The notes beneath the pieces were generated by a model that was given only the letters and a program-made list of their open reading frames with translations, searched no databases and was not told the origin of the DNA. Both the position numbers and the translations under genes were made by a program. From Lingula anatina (Eukaryota; Animalia; Brachiopoda), in assembly GCA_051362555.1 (NCBI GenBank), contig CM120649.1, positions 7,688,001 through 7,752,000 on the forward strand: 64,000 nt of DNA. Reading direction: 5' to 3'. Positions 37,901 to 50,603 of this stretch are shown piece by piece; within the stretch, counting starts at the first letter, position 1, and every line of letters starts with the position of its first letter.

Positions 37901-38911
37901 TTTGCTTATGAGAAAACTTTGCAAAAACTCAAACAATCATTCAAGTGGCATGGAATGAATAGAGATTGTAAATTGTATGTAAGTTCATGTGAACTTTGCA
38001 ATAAAAACAAGCATAGTACTGTTCGACCAAAAGCCAAAATGAAATTACATCATGCAGGATTTCCTATGGAAAAGGTTCATTTAGATATACTTGGACCATT
38101 TACACAAAGTGAATTTGGAAATTCTTATATTTTGGTTATGATAGATCAGTTTACTAAGTGGATAGAATGTGTGGCATTGCCAAATCAGACAGCTGAATTA
38201 GTAGCAAAAGCATTTTTTGAAAAATTCATAGTTACTTTTGGTTGTCCACAAGAGATATATACAGATCAAGGTTCAAATTTTCAAAGTAGTCTATTTAGAA
38301 ATTTGTGTAGACTATTAGAAATCAAACAACTTAGAACAACTGGTTTTAGAGCAAGTGCTAATGGACAAGTTGAAAGATGTATGGGTATTATTACACAGAT
38401 GATTAGATGTAATGTAGAAGGGAATGTGAGATATTGGGATAGAGATTTACCTCAATTAGTTATGGCATTACATTCAACTGTGAATGCATCAACTGGATTT
38501 ACTCCTAACATGATGATGTTAGGGAGAGAAGTTTTTATGCCATTACACTTACTAACAGGTTGTGTGAATGAAAATTTGATACCATGTGATACTCATGAAT
38601 GGTTAAAAAACTTGAGTGAAAGCCTAAATAGATCGCATGAAATGGCTAGAGAAAAATTGAAATGTGTGCAGAAACGTCAAAAACAATTGTACGATGCAAA
38701 GTTGAGAGAGAATGAATATACTTGTGGTCAGAAAGTATATTTGAAGGATGAAAGTCATAAAAAGGGAGAAAGTAAGAAACTTAGACCCTTATATAGAGGA
38801 CCATATGAGGTTATCAAAGCATCCCCACCTCTCTATACAATAAAAGATAAAAAAGGAAAAATCCAAGTGGTACATCATGATAGATTGAGAAAATTTGTTG
38901 AAAGAGAGTGA
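34958..38911 (+). CDS. pol: Pol polyprotein (protease, RT, RNase H, integrase), -1 frame relative to gag
   Basis: AVVDTAAQ protease; WASPPVLIRKKDG and YLDD in RT; LDTDAS and TDHHSL in RNase H; HHCC (HDSKTAGH..CELC); DDE (HLDILG, TDQGSNF, NGQVER); YRGPYEV. Confidence 0.97.
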   Translation: MTDRISDPLLHVEGRIMDSGNVKMMNVGELVGENFVIPVSVGGVKTLAVVDTAAQFTIVNKRFYSKLQGVPEFCETLKLMLAGKNAFMMGHRVENLSIEIDGIEYKENVYVADLQEGIDMLLGLKFLKERNCVVNLVDQTLIIGEKCVQGSIEVEGDSDLSKVNGETEAKSDEKCIDEMEREVEHCENMVRTKKRIVVPPLTVMKISVCADYELEKKKEYVIEPCVDRQVLVSCALVKGDDVVPIEIVNDGERNAVLKAGSVLGVIKEVETVDSEVRCEDVDGKARVSAVNKVEMKLNIDENVDKEVMRSLKRDLPEHLQDLFERSSEELDSNEMVALCETLRDYEDVFAKHDLDLGCMKGVKHTINTGSAAPVKQKLRRTPLGMEGEERKMLEKLLASDVIQPSNSEWASPPVLIRKKDGSVRWCVDYRELNKKTIKDSYPIPNIGDCLDCLAGNQFLSLIDMAQGYFQIEIDEKDRNKTAFITRYGLYEHKRMAMGLTNSPASFSRAMQLVLRGLTWEKVLVYLDDITVLGKNFEDHLKNLKEVLERLRSYNLKLKPKKCFLFQTKCEFLGKSISREGVGITESKIDCVRKWPVPTNKKEVETFLGFINYHRDHIPQFAEKTACLYELTGNKSVFNWSDEHQIAFESLKQELTTAPCLAFPLSEGEFILDTDASYSCIGAELSQIQHGEEKVIAYGSKIMSPIQRRYCTTRKELLAVVNFCRQYRHYLLGRKFRIRTDHHSLVWLLGFKNPDGQLARWLEELSQYNFTIEHRPGKKHGNADALSRIPLVMKVCDCYKVGVKLSDLPCGGCHYCQRVHKNWSRFETDVNDVIPLGNKKSDDNVVESNAVGDMKNETNCEKLSSVLMCQRADTNDKTDKNERDELCNWLKGYDLKKLQRKDADLKIIIGWLENGEPKESELYLCSMAVKGLWNCKEQLILLNDVLYYKWEKREDRNLCLIVPKDLVNEVLFFCHDSKTAGHFAYEKTLQKLKQSFKWHGMNRDCKLYVSSCELCNKNKHSTVRPKAKMKLHHAGFPMEKVHLDILGPFTQSEFGNSYILVMIDQFTKWIECVALPNQTAELVAKAFFEKFIVTFGCPQEIYTDQGSNFQSSLFRNLCRLLEIKQLRTTGFRASANGQVERCMGIITQMIRCNVEGNVRYWDRDLPQLVMALHSTVNASTGFTPNMMMLGREVFMPLHLLTGCVNENLIPCDTHEWLKNLSESLNRSHEMAREKLKCVQKRQKQLYDAKLRENEYTCGQKVYLKDESHKKGESKKLRPLYRGPYEVIKASPPLYTIKDKKGKIQVVHHDRLRKFVERE

Positions 38912-39157
38912 TTTTCAATTGAATGAACCACAATTGGTGGAACCAATTGTAAAAAGATCAAGATTAGGTAGACAAATTAAAATGCCATCTCATTTAAGAG
39001 ATTTTGCGTTAGAATGATCATATTGATGTATATTTAGTTTATTAGTCAAGGTATAGTTGTATATAAATACTTCCTTAATTTTCGGCAGTGCTGAAATAAA
39101 AGGAATTTAATTTAATTTATTTATTTGTATTTTTTTTTTTTTTTTTTTATTTAGAAC

Positions 39158-39448
39158 ATGGATGAATCAAACATTATGCACATCTGGGAAGAAGAGTTTC
39201 AATGGTGCACAGATTGGGTTGAATCTCCAGAACGTTTATATATACTCTCAATCAGAAACATTGAAATAAAAAGTTCAAAACAAGCCAAAATAATCATCCA
39301 TTTAGGAAAAATATGGAGAGAGAGATGTTTGTTAGAGACGGGTTATGATTGGTTCATGGACCACGAGAAAGAAATAAACAAAGAGTTATCTAAAGAAGAT
39401 TGTATTGATATTATTTGTTATCTCAGAGACAAACTCTATCAGTATTAA
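39158..39448 (+). CDS. Accessory ORF3 of the Gypsy element (96 aa, unknown function)
   Basis: Intact ORF between pol and the 3' LTR, with ATG 3 nt after a strong polypyrimidine/AG acceptor (39154). Confidence 0.5.
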   Translation: MDESNIMHIWEEEFQWCTDWVESPERLYILSIRNIEIKSSKQAKIIIHLGKIWRERCLLETGYDWFMDHEKEINKELSKEDCIDIICYLRDKLYQY

Positions 39449-39662
39449 AATATTAGAAAAAATAAACAAGATAATAAAGATATATTTGATGAAGTATATT
39501 ATAGTTTGTACTTCCTATTATATTTCAGGTAATTTGATCAAAACAACAGTCCAAGTTGGTATAGGTTTTCTAAATATTTGTTTGAATTTTATTGTTGAGC
39601 ATGTTGCATTGAGCACTGCATGAATAGATTGATAGCTACTTTTGTGTTTTTTGGATTATGGT

Positions 39663-39696
<34 letters not shown>

Positions 39697-40045
39697 ACCT
39701 AACACGGTTACACTGTTCAAACTAATATGTTGCAGTTTAGCATGTGTTTTGCATGTAATCGGATTGGAGGTTGTCAAGGTAATAATTATTTTCTTTTTGC
39801 ACATTTTGATGATGGTATTTTACTTGGGGATTTGGTATAAAAGTAATATTTGTACATAGTTAATGCGGCAATGCTGTGTTACTATATTAGTAATGTAATA
39901 CTATGTTAGTAATTAATGAAATACTGTTTATGCTGTAATACTATGTTAATAATGTAAAATTATGTTAATATTCATTTGAAAGAAAAGATCATTATCATGT
40001 ATGTTCATTCAAGAAAATAAACCATTGTATAAGTTTATTTCAGAT

Positions 40046-40714
40046 ATGGATGATCTAGACATGCTAGATGAAGCTTGTTTTGTCCCGGATTATAATGACA
40101 CTGATTTGGTGGAAGATCCTACTGTCCTAATTGGTGAAGAGGGGGAGGAAGTTACCCACTCAAAGTGCAGAGGGGAGAAACGGAGGAGAGAAGTCCAGTG
40201 TGGTTTGTGTCTGGTGTCCAGTGCTGACCTAAGTAGACATCTTGGACGTCATGTGAAATCTGTTCATTTGCCATGGTATATGACTCCAGGATTGGTGTGC
40301 TGGTATTGCAGATCGATGGAGAAGGACAATTCGCTTTTACGTAAATGTCATGGTGATGTTCATTCGTGTGGAACTGGTGAATTCGAGGAAAAACTGTGGA
40401 TCCAATTGGTGAATGGATTTTTACATTTCCTCATCTTAACATTAAATATGAGAAATATATGGGAGCTGATGGACTATGTGAAAAGTGAAGGACTAATAAT
40501 GTTGCCAGATAACTGTTCCAATGAGGACATTAACTTTGTGAAAATATACATTCATGGAAATGGTATAGAGCATAAGACTGAGATTCTAAATTCTTGGTTG
40601 ACTTTGTTTCACTGGAGAACTTTGTATCATCTGTTACAAAAACTTTCATCGGAGGATCGTGAACTCAGTAGTCATTGGTATCGGAGGATGGAATTTACTT
40701 TGCTACATGGATGA
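40046..40714 (+). CDS. Accessory ORF4 of the Gypsy element (Cys/His-rich, putative zinc-binding)
   Basis: CGLC..RHVKSVHLPWY..P..VCWYC..CH..H; ATG at 40046 lies 2 nt after acceptor tttatttcag (40043). Confidence 0.6.
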   Translation: MDDLDMLDEACFVPDYNDTDLVEDPTVLIGEEGEEVTHSKCRGEKRRREVQCGLCLVSSADLSRHLGRHVKSVHLPWYMTPGLVCWYCRSMEKDNSLLRKCHGDVHSCGTGEFEEKLWIQLVNGFLHFLILTLNMRNIWELMDYVKSEGLIMLPDNCSNEDINFVKIYIHGNGIEHKTEILNSWLTLFHWRTLYHLLQKLSSEDRELSSHWYRRMEFTLLHG

Positions 40715-41092
40715 AAAATGAACTATAATATGATTTAACATTTCACATTGACATTGTTATCATTACTAATGTTGTTTTGAGCAACTTTGAGTTAAAATCA
40801 CTTTGTTTGCTTTTAAAGTTGATTTAAAGTGATAATGGATTTAAAACTTTGTTTTGCATTCCTAAGGATGAACATTTATGCTGAGAGATGGACTTAATTG
40901 ACTTTGCTTGTGTTAAAGTTAAATGTTGAATCTTGGTATAACAAGAATGAACTTAATTGCATTATTTGCTTATTTTAAATGTAAAGTAAGATTTCAGTTG
41001 TTGAATTATAGTAATTGTTAGTTTAACAATTTAAAGTAATGGTTTATATTGTAATAATAGGGGGGAGTTTTGTTCGTCAAAAGGGGGGAGAG

Positions 41093-41436
41093 TGTGACGA
41101 TGTAGTGTGTTAGATGAGATCATTTTATATTGCTACCGGTAGATGTCTCTGTAAGTAAAGTGTTGTCCGGTGTGCAAGTTTGAATCTCTCCCGTGATTGG
41201 TAACCTAAAGGTAAAACTGTTCACTGTATAGTTGGTTCTGATTGGTAAACGTGTACTATCTGAACTTGTATATAAGGTGTAACGTGAAATAAATCGCCCT
41301 CTTTGGCCTCTTTGCTCTTAGCGGCTGTCTTTTGCTCTTCTCTTGAAGCTTTTTGGCTTTGTGTTTAACTCTGAGATACCAGTAAGTACATTGTTATTTG
41401 TACCTTCATAAGGCACTCGGCCGCGAAGGCGTAACA
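41093..41436 (+). repeat. 3' LTR
   Basis: Same sequence as the 5' LTR, preceded by the PPT and followed by TSD ATTC. Confidence 0.97.
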
Positions 41437-42863
41437 ATTCAAGTGTGTTGTCAAGGTCAAAAATACATTCTAGCAAGGTTTCCATGGCATGACTGGACCT
41501 TTCACATTGCAATACATTCTTAGTACAGCAGCATTTATTTAGTCAAAACAATAGCTTTCACCTTGTGACTAACACATATCCGGCACATCAAACATTACCT
41601 CTATATTGGCAAACTAGCATAAGAGCTGGCACGTGTAATGAGCAGTGCCACAATGAAATAAGAGTCCAACTGGTATTCAAAATGGCAGCAGTACTGGTTT
41701 ACCTTGAACACATTTCATCAAACAGAATCCATCTACATCAAATATTAAATTGAAAATATGAATCAATGGGGTACTTGAAGTGTGTACGACAATCTTATAT
41801 TCATTAATTCACCTTCTTCTCTCAAGCTATGAGGGAAATGAATCTTCACGAACAGGTTTCTTTACCAGGTGACACAACACAATGTTGACAAGACGGGAAC
41901 TGTTCATTGTCACAGCTCACACACAAAACAGCAACTTTCACAAATCACTTGAAGGAAATAATAAGTAAACATTGGTGTGCTATTCATTAAAAAGGCAAAA
42001 AAAATGAATAAGCAAATACAAAATAAAAAAGACTTAGTTCCTCTTAACATTAATTCTTACAGAAATACTTCAAAAACCTTACTCCGAAGCCTACCATAAC
42101 TTATCTTGTTTACATCTACCAGACTACTTTCTTTTTCCTTGAGATGAACCTTTTAACACCACGTAAAACTGCCTAGCAACTGTACAGTAGTTTCTATGGC
42201 GATTCATCCAGTAGCTATGGAAATTCAATTCAATCTCCTATGTACATTTTCTTTCATCAGTTATTTATAAGATACAAGACTATGTTCTCTATCAAATCTA
42301 TATTCCCTGCCCCACGTAAAGCAAGCTATCTAATTCACCTTTCTCTCTCCTTACTTGTGGAATCATATAACACAGAAAACTTTACAATTGGGTCTACAAG
42401 AGCCATAAGATTAGTTAACTTGATACTTAATACAGTTATGATAAAACTGTACACTTCATATTACCATACACATAACTGTTTAGTTTTAAATTATTGGGAA
42501 GAATAAGCTATCACTTTTCATCCTGGAAGAAATTATTTCTGTGCCCTCTTCTGCTATTGGTCCATACATGTAGCTTGTCCTCTACCTCTGCCACTACAAT
42601 TGTATGTTCTACCGAGCGCAGCTAATCACCACAATTTCCTCTTCCCATGATTCCACAGTACGCAAATTATCATGTCCACCCTGATTGGCCATAAAATATT
42701 CATTAATTTCTTTACACCTTTACACCCCTTCTCAAGCATGCTCTTTATTTATCACTGTCCAGTGCTTCTCAATCTGTCCTTTCTTCCCTTCATCCTTCCC
42801 TCCATCCTGATGACTACATAATGGCTTTAAAAGTGTCTAATGCATCGCACTCCAATCTCCGCA

Positions 42864-45800
42864 TCATAACTTCTCTTTTGAAGGCACCCAAATCATGGGG
42901 CCCGACTGGTCGCGAATGACCTCCTTGACCTTTGCATAGATGTCATCTGGCGTGTCCCCGCTGACCACAGCTGAAAACAACATGGGGGAGATTCAAGTGA
43001 AACTTAACATCAATATTCTAAAGAAGCATGGGTATACCAGCACCATCAGACAATACCTTTTTTTGCTTTGGCTGGGACATTTTCTTGGACACGCATATTC
43101 ATCTTAAGGATAATGCCAAAGTTAGTGTGAAAATTACTTCAAGATTAAAACTATTCCTACAATGCTCCGATACAAAACAACATAATCAATTAAAAAATCT
43201 GAGGTTTGACAATCATTCCCAGTTTTTTCAATTCCATTAATGTAATGAACATTTCTTTGATTACTTCATTTTGTTTTAAATCTACCTGTGATTTTTTCCA
43301 CCAAACTCTTGCTCTAAACTCAACTTACCTGTGAAATACTCTCCAAACTCTTGCTCTAATCTCAATGCTTTTTCAAAACTTTTCTTGGCCTGCTCTTCTG
43401 TCATTCTCTTGTTCCACTCCCTGCAAAAAATTAATCATTATCTCACAAATGTGATTACTTCTACATTCTAACAACCACACAAACACTCCCATTCATAGTC
43501 AACGATGCCAGTATTTATATTACAGATTTTGCATTACTTGGTATAGTAAACAATAGAATAAAACTACTTCCATTATTTACATTATACATTGTTCAGTTTT
43601 TGGTTTTTAATTAATAAAGATGGCTATTGGGTAGAGTAGATCTACTGTCAGTACTTACATTATAGATTCTGCACTTCTTGGTTTAATAAAGATGGCTATA
43701 GGGTAGAGTTGAGCAACCTGCAGTCTCTTAATAGCATTTCCACTGACATCTAATATACAATGCTTGCCCTGAAATCAGGAATTAATTTGGTTACTTCAGT
43801 CTGGATACTATGACAGATGTCATATTTCTCCTCTTTCAACCCCCCCCCCCAAAAAAAAAATACACACACATACTAACACACCATCACCAGTATACACACT
43901 AAAAAGACAATGAAAACTGAAAAGCATGTTTCTAGTTCTACCTACACAGTATAAGCACCACAAATGGTACAACAAAGAAATATTTTTAATGGATCTAAAA
44001 TCATGACTCTGAAACAAAAGTAATTTTTCCCACTGAAAAGATTGCTTCATTATTCTAATTCATTATGGGCAATAACTACCTTTTCTGCGACCTCCCTGAC
44101 TGAGGCAACACTTGTGCCGTACAGATGCTCGTTGTACTGCCCCGCTTCGATGAACAGGTGGTCCTGAATGTCCTTCTCCATCTGCTCTCGAGAGTCCACG
44201 AAGTGGTAGTCACGCCCGTCCACCTCGTAGTCTCTGCGGGGACGTGTCGTGTCTGCAAACGATGACAGTCATCAGTAGCTGTTAAACAGTTGGCTGCATC
44301 TTTGATTTTGCTGTTTTGCTACACGTTTTATTTTGTTGTATTATGTTGTATTAAGTAGTATTGTGATGATGTATTTGTTTGTGTATAATTTGCTTGTGTT
44401 TGTCTTTTGTAATACAATGTTGCTTCATAATGCAGTAGTATAATGGCAAATGTTGCATGATGTTAAAAGCTATGTTGTATTAGTTGCACATTAATTAAAC
44501 TATGCCGTCTTACCTTCAATCAAATATTGTAGGGCACTGATTTTTTTTCACTATGTTGTTTTTCTCTGTATGAAGTTGTCTACTCTTATATTCTGAACAA
44601 TGTTGAAAATGTTGCACCTTCTATTATATTGTACTCCGTTGTATAATGTAGTACGTGTTGATTGCTGTATATACTATGGTATTCTGATGTATGTTTTAAA
44701 CTACTGAGTGTTATATATGCTATAGTATTCCACTGACAGTTGACTTACGAGGTACACAGCTGCCAAACTTGTCCGGGTATTCTGATATCAGGTCGTCATT
44801 AATTCTGTCCTTCAGCGGGCCCAGCAAAATGATAGGGCGCGTCACCTTTACTGGAAGACGGAATTCACACAGACATTATTCAGTTCTAAGTATATTATGC
44901 TAGCAATCTTTACAGTACAATGTGCCTGCTTGAGCATATCATTTCTTAAAGCCATATAATTTTTACACCAACTAAACCAAGCATTTGTTGCAAAAAAAAA
45001 AAAAATAAATAAATAAATAAATATCTAACATTTACTTAAGACAACTCACTTTCTTGCTGCAATACTGGTTTATACAATGTGTTAGGTGTGACAGTGTCTG
45101 TAAGAATGTGTTAGGTGTGACAGTGTCTGTAAGAATGTGTTAGGTGTGACAGTATTTGTAAGAATGTGTTAGGTGTGGCAGTATTTGTAAGAATGTGTTA
45201 GGTGTGGCAGTATTTGTAAGAATGTGTTGGGTGTGACAGGGTTGTAGTGGACCAGCTATTTACTCACATTCTTGCTGTATCACTGGTTCATAGGTGAGCA
45301 CTGGTTCATCCCCTCCTGTAACAACAGAAATGGCGATATTACTTCATTGTCAACTTTCTCTGACAAAGAACAAAAGAGGTTAATAGGTGAAATGATCAAA
45401 AAAAATTGAAACTGATAATGCCAAAAATTCCTCATGTTTTATAAACAGTGAAACAGTTTAATACATGTTATGAAATTAAGAACATTTTTTTCTTGACAAT
45501 GAAGTTGATTACACTTAGTGTATTCATCTCATAAGTAAATGCTAAGAATAAATACATGTTTACTGCAATCCTCATAGTGCCTTTCCTCAAATCAAATTAT
45601 TTCTTTGAACAAAAAAATCAATTTTATAATCACATATTGTTTTAACATATCATATCAGCTCTTATTACAATCAGTGCACTCTATTGCTGTCATATATCAT
45701 TTAGGAAAAAAAAAAAAAAAAACAGGAGAAAGGTATCACAGCCAGTTTGTCCAGCTCTCATCTTTTACACAATTCATAAGGTACTGAGAAAGAAAAAAGA

Positions 45801-48800
45801 AAAAAAAAAACTATTTACAAAATCTTAATCTGAAACTTTCAGGGCCTGAAAAGCCGAGCTGAGCAGTATGGAGTTGACAGGGTGGAATGCAAGTTATAAG
45901 TACCACTTAGGAGATTTTTGTCAAATGAAAACAAGATGGTCTAAAAATCTATACATCCTGCATAATTCTGTTTGGAAATCGCCTGAATAGGAGTATCATA
46001 AATTGAATGTGAGGAAATATAAATTTGTATTCCTAAACTTTTCTCTTTTCTTTATATGAAACCACAGAATGCCCCTTAAAGCCCAAAATGTTGTTACAAC
46101 AGGCCATGTGACTAGTTTATGGAAAATGATTCCCTCAACCATGTGACACTCGTCTTTGTAACATGCAAATATGATTGCAATTTCAATTTCACTTACTGAA
46201 AATCCTGAATAATATAAAAAATATGCTATTTCAGATGTGTTTAAAATATGATGCTTAGTCCCCAAACCCATGATGCAGATGTTAATACTGAAGCTAGACT
46301 ACAGTATTTATTCTACACTGAACAGTTAATCCATGCTACAGTAATTGATATTTTATATGGGCAGAGTTTGTGTAATACAGATCTAGGTCAAAACAAATAC
46401 TGGAAACGTCTATTTGAAAACAGCTATGTAAAATAAAAGTCAAGACACTACACATTTCATGCTTCACCTCTAATAACCTTTGATAAGTCTGGCCAGAATA
46501 AATGTTGGAGAAAAGACAGTATAACCCTGCTAGTTTAATATCTAATTATATTTTCTACAGCCCCCCCCCCCCAAAAAAAAAATAAATAAAGAAATAATTA
46601 AATAAATAAATAAATAATTTCTCCATCAAGTATTAACAAAAGAATAACCCCAGGCAGGTTGTGTATATACCAGTTGTAAATGTATATAATTTATGCCCAG
46701 ATTAACACCCAGCTATACATATACAGTATATAATATTTAGCCAGATCAACACCCAGCTATACATATACAGTATATAATATTTAGCCAGATCAACACCCAG
46801 CTATACTTATATAGAGAACTGAAATGACAGAGAATTTACTTTTAGTGCCCATGAAATTACAAAGAAAGAATCTTGTTCTTTGTGTGCATATGTGCTACAT
46901 ATCTGTCAGCACCCACATACACCTTTGTCTATGATTGCATATGTGGTACTTAACTAACTTGTATTTGTGTATTAGGCTTATTGGTGTTCATTCATTTGTA
47001 TGGTATCATCATTTCCTTAAAGGGCATAAAAGCCAGTCCCTGTCATTTTCAGCTTCCTATACCACTTGCCATCCCCTCATCCACTGAAGCAGCCACTGGG
47101 AGCCATTGCTTAAGGAAATACTTATCTAACAACTTGGTGGAAATAAAACACAAATTTTGCACTGCTCTATGTCCAATATTATAATTCAAAGCTAATTTTA
47201 TCTGTATAATGGACATAAACATTATAGCAGTAAATTTTACAATGTCTATATTTCACAAAATGAGTTATTTCCACCATGTTGAAGATGGTGTTGAGAGCGA
47301 GAGGAATAGCCTATAGGTGAGATATTGGTCAGCATAAAACCCAATTTCCTTCCAGATTGATCAGTTTGTGTGGACAAATATTTCCCTAAATGTTGACTAA
47401 AATATTTTCAAATTAATTTTGGGAAAAAAAATTCAAGATAGCTTCTTGTAAATCAGTGCCACCTATGGATAAACTGAAGTTTGGGTGTATGCTGCCCTCT
47501 AGAGTGCATTTAGGGGACTAATTCTACATGTTCTATAGGTTTACTTACTGTTGGAATCATTATCACCCTCCGTTTCTACAGAAACAAATTCAAACATGGT
47601 CACGTTAAACTGTACTGACATATAGGGTATGTGGCAAACAAATGACACACAGCAACAGTGACAATATCATCCACAAGGACAACATTGGTACAAACTAAGA
47701 AAATCTTTGGTTTTCCTTGTCATCCTTATTTTTGAAACACTCTCGTGTCATTTGGATATAAATTTTATACCAATCTTCAAAGCATTTAAATGTTGCATAT
47801 TGAAAGAAGCAACCTTTTTGAATACAACATTTCATTCAAAACTGATCTCTTGACAAATACATTCAGCACAGTACAGGAGCTCTGTCTGTGTAAATCAACC
47901 AAGGAGCACAGAGTGAAATATTGGAACAATACCAGTGCCAAATTTGAAATAGAATATCAGAAAATTTCATATCATTTCAAACATAATTTACTCCAATATC
48001 TAACTATCTTGAGACTAATTTTTTTAGAAATCTATTCTTCTTTACTTTTTATACATTTTTAGATATCATAAAGAGATAATTGTTTTGGCAATTAAAATAT
48101 CCAATTTTGTTTCAATTTGATGAACTCAGATCATGCCATAACCACAGTGGAAATGTCTACCTTGACAAGAGCCCTTGCTACTGTGCAGAGTGTTGGATTA
48201 ACATGCGATAAACGGGCAACATCGTTGCTCCACGTCACATGCTTTCTACAACACCAAGTTGGTTCATGCGTTGATCAAGATGTTAAGACGAGACTACAGT
48301 AACTGCTAACTGAGCCAGCTAGGCCACATGCATTCTGACTGATATAGCAGCTCAGGGGGGGTTAATAATAATGATAACAACCTCTTAATGTATTTTGAAT
48401 CGGAATTTCCGCTTCTGCATGTGGCCCATATAAATGTGAAGGTCATGAGGTGAAGGTCATTTAAGGTCAAGAATATATGAAATTAAAAAAAAATAAATCT
48501 TAATCAGAGAAAGAGAACCAAGTCTGTTTCCTAGTGCTCGAGCAATCCCTATACACAACAAAATTATAAGTACATTTTTCAAAGAATAAAAAGACAAAAA
48601 CAATACATATCAAACCTTCCAAATTTAACACAAAGATAAATGGTGCTCAACATAAATTAAACAAAAAGTATTAACAAAAGGATAAAATAAGCTCATAGCT
48701 CTGCTCTATAATATAAAGAAGCAAAATATGAAAAAGGCTTCTCATGTTGTAGCAATATGAATGGACATGTCAGGTCTTTTGCCAGTACAAGTTACAAATG

Positions 48801-50572
48801 AAATCTAAACAGCAGCCAATGACAAACGTGCTTTCAAACTGAATCAAGACACACTGTGCCAAAGCGCCAAGATCTATAAAAGCCGACTTCCTCAAATGGT
48901 CTTATCTTGAAGTATAACGCCCTCTATAGGAGGAAAAAACTTACGTTCATCCACAGTGACATCTTCCATGCTTGTGCCACTCTTGTCTTTGCTCTTCATG
49001 AATGGGAACTTCTTGGTGAAGGAGAAATTCTTCTTCTTCTGTTTGTCTGCTGCTGTGCCACCAACAGCCTAGTAGGACAGAGGGAAAGTTATTTTGAACT
49101 GTGAAACTAGATGGCAAACCTGACAAATATACAGACATCACCTGCTGGGATGGAGGGAAAGTTATTTTGAACTGTGAATCTCACTAGTGGGCCAGATTAA
49201 GTCTTAAAGTGCAAATTCAAACCAGTACTGATCTGACGTGGTCTTAAAGATTAACCAAACAGCCTTAAACCGCACTGGCTCAGGTTTTAAGATAAAAACT
49301 GATATAAATCACAGTGAGTAAAAAAAAAAACCTATAATTGATTATCAAATTGGTACTGACAAAGATGTGATGTGCACCAGTTCATAATCACCTGTCTCTG
49401 TCTACGCGGTCATCTTACCTTGGAGTCAACTCCCTTTCCTTTGAAGTCCACCCTCTTCACCTTGGCTCTCTCTTTCCTCTCAACTCTGGAAACATAGTCA
49501 AACCATTTATCACTGACAAAACTGTCTGGTCAGTTATTTCAGATACCAATGCTACACCCAACAAGTTTTTTTAATGTGAATAAAATAATGGATGTTTCTT
49601 TACAACAATAATAATGTTATATGGTCAGATCATATTCAGAATCTGGACCAACTGATAAAACATTTTTTACATATTAGGCCACACTTTTTTATTTTTATGG
49701 ATGACATCCTCTGGGTACCCCAAAATCGGTGCGAGAGGGCGAAAAAAAAAAAAAAAAACAGTCCAAAAAAAAAAAAAAAAACTGCTTAAGTAAAGGAATG
49801 CTGTCAGTACACAGCTGGAAACACAAATTTAACCACAGAAACACGTATCAAACTAACAATATGTCTTTATCCATGCTCTCAAAATATTAAAGCATTGTGA
49901 ATACTTCGTAGAAATGTAAAAAAAGTCATGAATTGATATACTTCATATTACCAAATCTATTTAAGGTTATTTCATGCATTCATTTGGTATAGCAATCAAT
50001 GAAACAAATATCAATCAAACAGTGTGTCTTTATTTGTATTCTCAGAATATTAAAACATTTTGAACACTTCACAGAAATGTTTAAAAAATGATGCAAAGAT
50101 ATGCTTAATACTACCAAATCTATTAAAGGTCATTTCAGACGATGCCATTTTGTCAACTTCAACTCACACAAAGCAGCTAAACTGTCAGGTGGCCTGTCCG
50201 ACCTTCAGCCCACCAAATACCTCGACGCCCTTGTCGACCCTTTTTTCGCTACAGAAAACCTGGTATTAGTGTGCTGCTTTATACAGAATGTCACAGAAAT
50301 GTTTCGGCCGCCGCCAGCCTTTCGCACAATTGTAAAAAGGTGATATCTCCATGCCCAATATCAATGGCATACCAATCCAAAACGATGGCTCCCATTCTCT
50401 TTATGACTTTTATTGTTGTGTAATTTGAAAGTAATCCTAGACGGCTAGAGATGAATTTGACAGCAAAGTGGCCGCATTTCCACGTGGCGAAAATACGCAT
50501 GCGCAGAAAGCTCATTTCCTTGCAAATTCAATAACAACGTTTGCGACAACCGACTTCGTTGGGGGCTGGGGG

Positions 50573-50603
<31 letters not shown>

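Larger units (their letters stand above)
31701..41436 (+). mobile_element. Full-length Gypsy/Ty3 LTR retrotransposon, recent insertion
   Basis: Two 344-bp LTRs (31701-32044, 41093-41436, TG..CA) identical by eye; 4-bp TSD ATTC; PBS at 32047-32064; PPT aaaaggggggagag at 41079-41092; gag and pol in PR-RT-RH-IN order. Confidence 0.97.

Noticed and set aside
39158-40714. env gene
   Set aside because: No signal peptide, env-like furin/fusion-peptide arrangement or C-terminal transmembrane anchor is visible.
48161-48245. Extra dlg1 exon ([12 protein letters not shown]...)
   Set aside because: It has AG/GT flanks, but phase-1 entry gives an immediate TGA and the phases do not fit the neighbouring exons.
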